DNA of 64,000 bases from positions 99,913-163,912 of the forward strand of contig CAWAOR010000007.1 in assembly GCA_963783775.1 (NCBI GenBank), in the 5' to 3' direction. The notes below the pieces were generated by a model. The model saw only the letters and a program-made list of their open reading frames with translations. It had not been told where the DNA came from and did no database searches. Below are positions 1 to 10,524 of this stretch, in pieces (position 1 is the stretch's first letter; each line of letters begins with the position of its first letter). This stretch comes from an uncultured delta proteobacterium. Its GTDB lineage: Bacteria; Desulfobacterota; Syntrophobacteria; Syntrophobacterales; Syntrophobacteraceae. The translations under genes were made by a program, and so were the position numbers.

Positions 1-65
1 CCCTGCAGCAGGTTGGCAAAGAAGCCGGCGTGGCAAAAGCTGAAGAAAAACCAGGCAAGGAATAG
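1..65 (+). CDS. tssB: 3' end of a CDS, probably T6SS sheath small subunit TssB (partial, runs off window)
   Basis: Frame 3 is open from the window edge and reads ...LQQVGKEAGVAKAEEKPGKE, then TAG at 63-65, 12 nt before the tssC ATG. Identity is inferred only from the conserved tssB-tssC gene order. Confidence 0.45.
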   Translation, partial: LQQVGKEAGVAKAEEKPGKE

Positions 66-77
66 AGGAGAGGCCCC

Positions 78-1574
78 ATGGCAGAGAACGAACAGCAGGT
101 ACAAGCCCAGTCTGCTCAGGCTGAGGAGACCCAGGAAGAACGGGGCCTTCTGGATCAGATTCTGGAAGAAGGCCGCCTGGCGCGCGATGAAAGCCAAAAG
201 GCGTGGGCCAAGGATCTCGTGGGCGAGTTTGTCAAGCAGATCATGGAAGGCGCCATGGTGGTTTCCAAAGACACGGAAGCCATGATCAACGCCCGCATCG
301 CCCAGATTGACCGGCTCATTTCCGGGCAACTGAATGAAGTCATGCACGCCCCTGAATTTCAGAAGCTCGAGGGTTCCTGGCGGGGGCTCCACTACCTCGT
401 GCACCAGAGCGAGACCGGTGAGAGATTGAAGATCCGGGTCATGAACGTTTCCAAAAAAGAACTCCTCAAGGATATGGAAAAGGCCAGTGAATTCGATCAA
501 TCAACCCTTTTCAAGAAGATCTACGAAGAGGAGTTCGGAACGTTCGGCGGAGCCGCCTACGGTGCTTTCATCGGTGATTACGAATTCAGCAACCATCCTC
601 AGGATGTGACGCTTATGGAAAAGATCTCTCAGGTGGCGGCCGCGGCCCACGCTCCCTTCATCTCGGCAGCAGCCCCTCAGCTTTTCAACTGGGACAGCTT
701 TACCGAACTCGGAGGCCCTCGTGACCTGGCCAAGATCTTCCAGGGCGCCGATTTCGCCAAATGGAGGTCCTTCCGCGAGTCCGAAGATTCCCGATATGTG
801 GCTCTGGCGTTGCCTCACATCCTGATGCGGCTCCCTTACGGTCAGGCCAATGTCCCGGTGGAAGCCTTCAACTATGAGGAAGATGTGGAAGGCACCGAGC
901 ACAACAAGTACCTCTGGGGCAATGCCGCCTACGCCCTCGGGACGCGCCTGACGGAGGCCTTTGCCAAATACAGCTGGTGTGCGGCCATTCGAGGAGTGGA
1001 AGGCGGCGGTCTGGTGCAGGGTCTCCCGGTTCACACGTTTCGGACCGACGAGGGGGACGTGGCGCTCAAGTGCCCCACGGAGATCGCCGTTACAGACCGG
1101 CGGGAAAAGGAATTTGCCGACCTGGGTTTTGTTCCGCTGGTGCATTGCAAGGGAACGGATTTTGCCGCCTTTTTCAGCACCCAGACGGCGAATAAACCCA
1201 AGGTCTATGACACCGATTCCGCCAATGCCAACGCCAGGCTTTCTTCCCAGCTCCAGTACATCCTGGCTGTCTCGCGGTTTGCCCACTACTTGAAATCCAT
1301 CATGAGGGACAAGATCGGGAGCTTCATGACCCGCAAGAATGCCGAAGACTTTCTGAACCGCTGGATTGCCAATTACGTGCTGCTGGATGACGACGCCTCC
1401 CAGTCGGCCAAAGCCAGCCATCCTTTGCGGGAAGCTCGCGTGGATGTCAGCGAAATACCCGGCAAACCCGGAGCATACCGAGCGGTTGCCTTTCTCAAGC
1501 CCCATTACCAGCTCGATGAATTGACCATCTCGCTCAGACTGGTGGCCAACCTCCCGCCCCCGGCGAAAGGGTAG
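78..1574 (+). CDS. tssC: T6SS contractile sheath large subunit TssC (VipB/ImpC/EvpB family)
   Basis: Intact 498-aa ORF of typical TssC length. Recognisable family sequence: FGTFGGAAYGAFIGDYEF, ALALPHILMRLPYG, C-terminal YRAVAFLKPHYQLDELTISLRLV. Followed by tssE/F/G/clpV. Confidence 0.95.
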   Translation: MAENEQQVQAQSAQAEETQEERGLLDQILEEGRLARDESQKAWAKDLVGEFVKQIMEGAMVVSKDTEAMINARIAQIDRLISGQLNEVMHAPEFQKLEGSWRGLHYLVHQSETGERLKIRVMNVSKKELLKDMEKASEFDQSTLFKKIYEEEFGTFGGAAYGAFIGDYEFSNHPQDVTLMEKISQVAAAAHAPFISAAAPQLFNWDSFTELGGPRDLAKIFQGADFAKWRSFRESEDSRYVALALPHILMRLPYGQANVPVEAFNYEEDVEGTEHNKYLWGNAAYALGTRLTEAFAKYSWCAAIRGVEGGGLVQGLPVHTFRTDEGDVALKCPTEIAVTDRREKEFADLGFVPLVHCKGTDFAAFFSTQTANKPKVYDTDSANANARLSSQLQYILAVSRFAHYLKSIMRDKIGSFMTRKNAEDFLNRWIANYVLLDDDASQSAKASHPLREARVDVSEIPGKPGAYRAVAFLKPHYQLDELTISLRLVANLPPPAKG

Positions 1575-1595
1575 CAGTTTTCCTAATCCCTGGTT

Positions 1596-1629
1596 CCCTG
1601 TTTCCCAAGCTGGAGCTTGGGAAACAGGG
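1596..1629. other. Perfect 15-bp stem / 4-nt loop hairpin between tssC and tssE (REP-like or attenuator; no U-tract)
   Basis: ccctgtttcccaagc tgga gcttgggaaacaggg, read directly. A related half-site, ttcccaagctccagc, occurs at about 5266-5280 at the end of tssG. Confidence 0.5.
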
Positions 1630-1648
1630 GATGAAGGTCCATTCTTTA

Positions 1649-1718
1649 CCACGAAGAGCACGAAGGACACGAAGAGAACTCTTCGTGTGTCTTCGCACTC
1701 CTTCGTGTGACTTCGTGG
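1649..1718. repeat. REP-like palindromic element, family 1 (CACGAAG / CTTCGTG arms), copy a
   Basis: ccacgaagagcacgaaggacacgaag ... cttcgtgtgtcttcg..cttcgtgtgacttcgtgg. Near-identical arms recur at 46031-46080 and 51447-51506. Confidence 0.85.
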
Positions 1719-1911
1719 AGGAAATATGGTCGCAAGGCGCCCGAGTTGTTTTTGGACGGCCCCTCAGTGATGTTTGTTGCGTTTCATGTTCATTGAACAC
1801 AACCGACAGCAAGACTTGCACGACTATCGCAGGTTGCGTTGAGCCTGCGCAACGCAACGCGTGGAATGATATGAAACCTTCGCAGCGCTGTACTTGAGTA
1901 GTCCCGACAGC

Positions 1912-2388
1912 ATGAATGAAAACGAACAAAACGTCAGGGCATCGATCCTGGACAGGCTCATCGATCTCGAACCGGGGGTTTCCCACGAGTCTGTCCAGCA
2001 GCGCACGTTCGACCTTCGGCAGATCAAGGCCGCGGTGGTCAGAGACCTGGAGAACCTGCTCAACACCAGGCGTCACATTATTTCGCCGCCGGTTGCTTTG
2101 ACCGAGGTAAACAGTTCCCTGCTGGTCTACGGCCTGGGGGATTTTACTTCTCAGAACCCGCGCAGCCCGACGGTGAAGCAGCAGTTGCGCCAGGACATTG
2201 AAAGGACCATCTCGAAGTTCGAGCCGAGGTTGAGGAACGTGACGGTTCAGTTTGAAAGCCGGAACCCCATCGAGCGGAATCTCAGGTTCAGGATCACCGG
2301 GATGCTGGTGGCGGATCCGCTCATTGAGCCGGTAACCTTCGACACCTATTTCGATATCAACCGAAGCATGGTTGTTATCTCGAAGTGA
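1912..2388 (+). CDS. tssE: T6SS baseplate subunit TssE (gp25-like lysozyme family)
   Basis: ORF 1894-2388; the ATG at 1912 gives MNENEQNVRASILDRLIDLEP..., the N-terminal SILDRL motif typical of TssE. About 160 aa, positioned between tssC and tssF. The alternative TTG start at 1894 is the one used by the ORF track. Confidence 0.85.
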   Translation: MNENEQNVRASILDRLIDLEPGVSHESVQQRTFDLRQIKAAVVRDLENLLNTRRHIISPPVALTEVNSSLLVYGLGDFTSQNPRSPTVKQQLRQDIERTISKFEPRLRNVTVQFESRNPIERNLRFRITGMLVADPLIEPVTFDTYFDINRSMVVISK

Positions 2389-2405
2389 CGCGAAATGAAA
2401 CGTGA

Positions 2406-4212
2406 ATGGACGATCAGGTTCTAAACTACTACGAACGGGAACTGACGTATATCCGCCAGCTGGGAGCGGAATTCGCCAGGAAATACCCAAAGATTGCGGG
2501 CCGGCTGTTGCTCGAACCCGACAAGTGCGAAGACCCTCACACCGAACGCCTGATCGAGGCTTTCGCCTTCCTCAGCGGGCGCATCCACAAGAAAATTGAC
2601 GATGACTTCCCTGAGATTACGGAATCGCTCCTGAACATCGTCTTCCCGCACTACGTCAACCCCATTCCTTCCATGACCGTAGTAAAATTCGAGCCGGCGA
2701 AGAAAACCGTAGCCCCGGTCGGGCATCGCCTGGAAAAAAACACAGCGCTTTATTCCAAGCCTGTCGGTGGCAACCCCTGTCAGTTCACCACCGCCTATCC
2801 GGTCACGCTCTGGCCCATCGAGGTGGTCTCGGCAGAGCTTCGGGAAATCAAGCGACCCGTCGATCATGCGCAGCAGGTCATCGTCATTCAGCTCAAGACC
2901 TTCAACAACCTGAGCCTTTCTCAGCTTGGCTGGCAGTCCCTCCGTTTCTTCCTCAACGGCCCCCATCAGCATGTCTTTCATCTCTATGAACTCCTCTTCA
3001 ACAACACCTGCCGGGTTGAATTCGAGTCGGTAAGCCAGGATGGAGAAACCAAGATCATGCCGTTGCCCCAAGGAACGATCCAGGCGGTCGGATTCGCTCC
3101 CGATGAGGGCATGATCCCTTACTCCCAGAAGGTCCTTTCCAGGTTATCTGCTCCTGTTTGAGTATTTCTGTTTCCCGGAGAAATTCCTCTTTTTCGACCT
3201 CAACGGTTTTGAGCAAACCAGAAGCTGGGATAGCAGCGACACTCTCGATATTTGCATCTACCTGGACCGCATTGCCAAATCCAATCTCGTGATCAATCGC
3301 GACACCTTCTGCCTCAACGCCACCCCGGCAACCAATCTGTTTCGGCGCATCGCCGAACCCATACGGGTTGAACAGCGAAAAACCGAATACCAGGTCATCC
3401 CGGACATCAGGCGGCAGGGCGCAACGGAGGTCTTCAGCGTTGACCGGGTCAGCGCCTCGGCGACCGCATCGCCCGGGCAGGTAGTTGACTTCAAGCCCTT
3501 CTATTCCCTGAGGCATCACCTTGACGAGGAGGAGCGGCCGGGCCAGGCGGTTTTCTGGCACCTCCAGCGGCGGCAGTCGGGCAAGAAGGAGGATGAAGGC
3601 ACGGAGGTGTTCCTCTCCTTTACCGATTCCAATCTCAAGCCTGACGATCCGGGGGTGGAAACCCTGACCATTTACACCACCTGCACCAATCGGGACATCC
3701 CGGCCCGTCTTCCGTTCGGAGACCCGGCGGGGGATTTCCATTTGGAGATGGCAGCCCCGGTTGCTTCCGTAACCAGCCTCATTAAACCAACCCCGACTCG
3801 CCGGCCGACCCTCGGCGGAGCCCTGCAATGGCAGCTCATCTCACACCTCTCTCTCAACTACCTGTCGCTGGTGGAGGGGGGAGAAGATGCTCTGCGGGAA
3901 ATCCTGAAGCTCTATGATTTTGATGACTCACCGGCTACCAGGCAGCAAATAAACGGGATCGCCGGGGTCCGATCCGGCCATACCACCAAAAGAATAGGCC
4001 AGTCATTCTGTCGTGGTGTTGAGGTCACCATCGAATTTGACGAGGACAAGTACGTGGGAACCGGCCTGTATCTCTTTGCCTGTGTGCTGGAAAGATTTCT
4101 GGGGCAGTATGTTTCGGTCAATTCCTTCTCCCAAATGGTCGCCAGGACCCTGCAAAAGAAAGAGGCGTTGAAAAAGTGGCCTCCCAGGAGCGGCAATCGC
4201 ATACTTCTATAA
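2406..4212 (+). pseudogene. tssF: T6SS baseplate subunit TssF, one frame break as assembled
   Basis: N-terminal ORF 2406-3161: LNYYERELTYIRQLGAEFARKYPKIAGRL, TERLIEAFAFLSGRIHKKIDDDFPE. The conserved continuation SFPGYLLLFEYFCFPEKFLFFDL... lies in the +1 frame from about 3121 and runs to the stop at 4212. The break must lie in 3115-3135. 1807 nt minus 1 = 1806 nt (601 aa). Confidence 0.9.
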
Positions 4213-5285
4213 GGGACCGCCTTTTTGAGGAGTTTTACAGCTTCTCCTTTTTCAAGGCTGTTCATTTGCTCGAGTCCCTCCTTCCCGAACGGAAGGCCCT
4301 GGGGCAGACCCTGGCTCCCTCTGAAGAAGCAGTGCGGTTCTGTGTAAAACCTGGTTTTGTTTTTCCGCCCAGCGACATCTCCGATCTCCGGCAAGAGGCT
4401 GAAACCGGACCGGTCACCATGGAAATCCCTTTCCTGGGCTTGATCGGCCCCTCCGGAGTCCTCCCTCACTGGATCAATGAGCTGGCAACAGACCGGGTGC
4501 GGGAAAAGGATTTCAGCCATGACGGCTTTTTTCGATATTTTTCATCACCGTCTCATTGCCCTTTTCTACCTGGCCTGGAAGAAACACCGTTTTCCGGAAA
4601 ACTATCTGCCCGGAGCCAAAGACCGGCTTTCCCGCTGCCTGCTGGGCCTGATGGGCCTGGGCACCCAGGGACTTGCGCCACGGCTCCGATTGCCGTTGGA
4701 ATCCCTGATCTTCTACAGCGGTCTCCTCTCGCGGCCGGTTCCCAGCGCGGCGGCCATCGAGGCCACGGTCGAGTATTTTGCCGACACCACGGTGCAGGTC
4801 GAGCAGTTCATCGACCGGACGATTCCGGTGAGCCCCGAAGACCAGACCCAACTTGGCGCCGCCAACGGCAGCCTGGGAGTGGACGCCATGTGCGGCAGCC
4901 AGGCATGGGAGAGCCAGACCAAGTTCCGGGTGAATTTGGGGCCGATGGGCTATGAGGCTTTCGTCCGCTTTCATGCCCTCGGGAGATATGCTCGAGCCGA
5001 TTTTTTCCCTGGTCCGATACATGGTCGGGATCGAGTACGAATTCGAGATTGGGGTTCTTCTTAAACGTGGAGGAGATCCCGCCATGCGTGCTTGGCGTCG
5101 CGACGCCGACGTCCCCGCGGCTGGGCTGGTCAACCTGGGTGAAGACGCCGGGAGTGTTTCATCGAGAGGACCCCAGGGTAATTTTTCAGGAGCCCGAGAC
5201 CGGGTTCAAGGTCCCGAAGCTGACGCATGAAAGCCCCAGGGAGCTCCAGGTAGACCCTCAGCTGGTTCCCAAGCTCCAGCCTTGA
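4176..5285 (+). pseudogene. tssG: T6SS baseplate subunit TssG, three frame breaks as assembled
   Basis: Conserved TssG blocks lie in successive frames: FSFFKAVHLLE (frame 0); FFDIFHHRLIALFYLAWKKHR...QAWESQTKFRVNLGPMGYEAFVRF (frame 1); MPSGDMLEPIFSLVRYMVGIEYEFEIGVLLK (frame 2); EEIPPCVLGVATPTSPRLGWSTWV (frame 0). Breaks near 4505-4520, 4969-4973 and 5062-5068. 1110 nt minus 3 = 1107 nt. Confidence 0.85.
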
Positions 5286-5400
5286 GAACCACGAGAGGCG
5301 ATGGGATTGTATGCCGGTACTTAGAATCAGCACCCAGAACTCAACACCGTTTTCTTGGTAACTGCCAAACTAAGAAGACCATCTAAGAGGAGCTTCTGCC

Positions 5401-8048
<2,648 letters not shown>

Positions 8049-8200
8049 AGAACCCTTACAAAAGGCCCCTGGCGTGCCCGGTCTCCGCTTATACGCTGCA
8101 CGCCCGGCGTGAGGGTTTCCTGGTAGGCTGTCGAGAGAACAGGACCATTTCTTTGGGTCTTTCGAGGTTTAAGGTGAGACTTTGGCGGGTGCGCTTCTGA

Positions 8201-8238
8201 GGAAACAATTGCTTCCGCCGCGGTTAAGGGATTGAAAC
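8201..8238 (+). other. Solitary CRISPR-repeat-like 38-mer (not an array)
   Basis: ggaaacaattgcttccgccgcggttaagggattgaaac. The length and the 3' AGGGATTGAAAC end resemble Cas6-type 36-37 nt repeats. Only one full copy in the window; a partial match (ttaagggattg..aaacctttc) is at 13740-13764. Confidence 0.3.
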
Positions 8239-8265
8239 CTTCCACCTGCAACGAGGAGAAAGCCC

Positions 8266-8754
8266 ATGTCAGATTTAATCATTAGTTTTTTGGGCACAGG
8301 TGCAGTATATGATCTAAGGGAGCGATTGCGTAGAGCGCGCCGCCGCAGGGCTCACTACAGAAGAGGAGGCCTCGGCGAGCTACATTGGACTGACGAGATC
8401 CAGCGCACGCAGCAGCAAATACGGCGATGCCCTTCAGGGATAGATCTCGATTTTTGGGCTGATAGGCATCTCTATCGCTTGGAGGCATGCTTTATCCTCC
8501 CGGCTGGCGACTGCTGTGATGCTGTGCTCTCATTACCGCCGGGTTTCGATTCCGGCGCTCTAGATGGTTATGAGGCGGTCGTATATGTCGCCGCAGACCC
8601 GAGTGGCAACCCGGCGATGAATTTGGTTCGGCTCGCCATTGGCCGCGTCCTCTTCCTCTCACAGGTGGTTCAAATCCAATCTGCTCATGGGGGAACGATT
8701 GTGCCTGTTGGAACCCGTGTCCATGGAGCCCTAAGGTTATATCCAGAAACGTAA
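8266..8754 (+). CDS. Hypothetical protein (162 aa), no family recognised
   Basis: ATG preceded by a good RBS (gaggagaaagccc ATG). It is the only sizeable ORF on either strand in the lower-GC patch 8.25-9.07 kb. The arginine-rich stretch RRARRRRAHYRRGG could itself be an out-of-frame artefact. Confidence 0.35.
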   Translation: MSDLIISFLGTGAVYDLRERLRRARRRRAHYRRGGLGELHWTDEIQRTQQQIRRCPSGIDLDFWADRHLYRLEACFILPAGDCCDAVLSLPPGFDSGALDGYEAVVYVAADPSGNPAMNLVRLAIGRVLFLSQVVQIQSAHGGTIVPVGTRVHGALRLYPET

Positions 8755-8835
8755 CTCTTTGTACAGGTCAACACAAATGAGTGTCCACTTTCGGTGCGTC
8801 ATACCGGTGTAGGCCGTTACCAGGATTTCGTCTGG

Positions 8836-8860
8836 ATTCCGGCCAAGAACCTGCCGGAAT
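8836..8860. repeat. 8-bp-stem hairpin (attccggc ... gccggaat), REP-like
   Basis: Inverted repeat read directly in non-coding, roughly 50% GC sequence. Confidence 0.4.
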
Positions 8861-9081
8861 GACGAGGTGTCATAATGGTCTCTTTCTTCTGTGGAGCGGT
8901 ACTTAGCGTCACAAGAAATTGCCTCTTGGATTCCTCAACGGTGCACCAAGACACTCGTTCTGAGGCTGGTCCTCCTTTGCCGGAAACGTCTTTAGTTATC
9001 AGATTGGGTATGATTCCGGATCGGGTAAGCAGCGGTAGATTTGGTTATCTTCTGTGAAACCATAGCGAGGATCAGTGCCGG

Positions 9082-9282
9082 CTAAATCCCCTGCTGAGTT
9101 TCCTTCTCGATGTGCTCGATTGCAGCGTTGGCAATGGCCACCAGGCGTGGCTCCGTCACCTGTTGAAGGGCTCGGAGGGCCGGGAGGGCGGAGGCTGCCG
9201 CAGCGCCGCAGCCGGCAAGCCCTATGGCAGCGTTGGCCCGCACGTCTCCTTCAGGATCGGAGAGCACCGCCGTCATCCCCAT
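9082..9282 (-). pseudogene. Displaced 3' fragment of a HEAT-repeat gene (paralog of the 3' end of 10525-11541)
   Basis: Encodes ...LSDPEGDVRANAAIGLAGCGAAAASALPALRALQQVTEPRLVAIANAAIEHIEKETQQGI*, compared with ...LADPEGEVRANAAMGLARYGPAAASALPALRALQQEAEPRMVAIANAAVERIEKGTQQGI* at the end of the full gene. The DNA at about 9078-9290 aligns with about 10520-10730 at roughly 80% identity by eye. Confidence 0.75.
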
Positions 9283-9335
9283 CTGGCCGTCCAGCCGCTT
9301 GGGGTCAGCGCCGACGAGGAGTTACAGGGACAGGG

Positions 9336-9398
9336 GGAATTACGGGGACACCCGGCGAACGCGCTCGACTCGATCACGCTGTATCCTAAACCTGACTC
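9336..9398. repeat. Direct repeat X, copy A (flanks the HExxH gene)
   Basis: ggaattacggggaca..ccggcgaacgcgctcgactcgatcacgctgtatcctaaacctgact matches 10157-10228 in the same orientation. Confidence 0.7.
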
Positions 9399-9555
9399 GT
9401 GGCTTTCGCCGACATCTGTTTCAGTTCCGGATCTCTCAAATTTAAGATACGGTCCTTGGAATTTCCGCTGCGGCAACAGAGAAGACAAACGGTGTCCAGG
9501 CATCGCAGGAGACACCGGCCTACTCATCAGAGTGGAGGAATTGGTGGGCGGCCGC

Positions 9556-10122
9556 TTATACCGCGCTCACGAAGTAGGCTTCCTTGATTTTCCTGAGCTG
9601 CTCTGGTTTTATCGCCACATTTTCCAGAAGGTCAGTGGTGCCATGGGCATACATGAAATTTGGTGGACGAGCGGTGTAATCGTGCTCCAGCCAGGCACAA
9701 TGGCCTATTTCGTGGAGAAGAGCTATCCCCGCGGGAAGCGCGCCCTTGGTGTTCAAGATCGTGTAGGGTGGCCAACTCGCATTGCCCCATTGCCCTTGCC
9801 TCATTGAACGCCCCCCGTCGCTAGTCGCGTAAACCGTAAACGGGACGAAGATCACGGGTAATCGGCCATGACCCGTCGGGTACGCATGATGGGCCAGATC
9901 TCGAAGCTTAAGAGCTGGCTCCAGGTATGTGGCCTCGTCGTCTGGAAACTGTTCGTCATAATCGAGTGTGTGGGCCAGTTTTAACATCTCTGTTGGCCGT
10001 GGGTAAACGTCCAGCCCGAACCCAAGTTTTCGTAGCTTTTTGCGGGTGTAGTGAACCATGGCTCCAGCCGGATCGCTGGTGACCGACTTCGCCCAAAAAA
10101 GCGTTAAGCGGATCGTTGGCAT
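9556..10122 (-). CDS. Small zinc-metallopeptidase-like protein (HExxHxxxxxH, metzincin-like); candidate T6SS cargo
   Basis: 188-aa ORF with a good RBS (ggggagaagtcacca ATG). Motif LLHEIGHCAWLEH has the third His at the metzincin position. A possible Met-turn (PNFMYA) lies 11 residues downstream. No signal peptide. Lies downstream of vgrG and the HEAT gene on the same strand. Confidence 0.65.
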   Translation of the reverse strand: MPTIRLTLFWAKSVTSDPAGAMVHYTRKKLRKLGFGLDVYPRPTEMLKLAHTLDYDEQFPDDEATYLEPALKLRDLAHHAYPTGHGRLPVIFVPFTVYATSDGGRSMRQGQWGNASWPPYTILNTKGALPAGIALLHEIGHCAWLEHDYTARPPNFMYAHGTTDLLENVAIKPEQLRKIKEAYFVSAV

Positions 10123-10156
10123 TGGTGACTTCTCCCCTTGGTAGTGTTCTAGATAA

Positions 10157-10228
10157 GGAATTGCGGGGACAGTACACTCATCCCCGGCGAACGCGCTGAC
10201 TCAAGTACCCTGTATCCTGACCTCACTA
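10157..10228. repeat. Direct repeat X, copy B
   Basis: ggaattgcggggacagtacactcatccccggcgaacgcgctgactcaagtaccctgtatcctgacctcact. See 9336-9398. Confidence 0.7.
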
Positions 10229-10524
10229 GCTTTTAAGTCCTGATGTCATCGCAAGTCCCATGCTGTGCAGCAGGCCTGGCAATGGCTTGGGCATCGTCAA
10301 GGAGAATTGGGCAAAAAGAATCTCGTCAGGGCCTTGTATGGGTGATATCGCTCGAGTGGTCAGGGGAGGGGATCCGGGAAAGGCCCGCTCAATCCGACCG
10401 AGCAAGCTCACAGCAACTGGTTAAGACGGTTATTCTGATTCCACGGCAAACGCCGGAGCAAGAATAGGCCAAAAAGTGAGAGTCAGCAACATGTTTCAAA
10501 TAGCCGCTTGAGGATGGCGGCCGG

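Noticed and set aside
501-1670. Long antisense ORFs opposite real genes. Examples: 501-1670(-), 1534-2490(-), 5815-7104(-), 6927-7922(-), 20483-21262(-), 21522-22760(-), 27249-29357(-), 41763-42986(+), 48226-49695(+), 54437-55960(+), 58788-60923(+), 60965-62050(+), 63093-63980(-).
   Set aside because: Each lies antisense to, or out of frame with, a gene with clear family motifs. Their translations are Arg/Gly/Pro/His-rich with no recognisable domains. These are typical shadow ORFs of GC-rich DNA.
8201-8238. A CRISPR array.
   Set aside because: There is only one full repeat-like unit and no repeat-spacer periodicity. No cas genes are in the window.
8537-8682. tRNA-like T-loop motifs (ccgggtttcgattccgg at about 8537-8555; ggtggttcaaatccaat at about 8664-8682).
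   Set aside because: I could not build an acceptor stem, D-arm or anticodon arm around either motif. Both lie inside ORF 8266-8754.
9112-9807. The 231-aa plus-strand ORF spanning the HEAT fragment, repeat X and the 3' end of the HExxH gene.
   Set aside because: It is antisense to two better-supported elements and has a low-complexity Arg/Gly/Pro-rich translation.
10226-10411. The 61-aa minus-strand ORF (and a 19-aa hydrophobic ORF near 10490) between the HEAT gene and the HExxH gene, as an immunity or adaptor gene.
   Set aside because: There is no RBS, the composition is unconvincing, and the plus-strand ORF overlapping it is equally long. Treated as non-coding.
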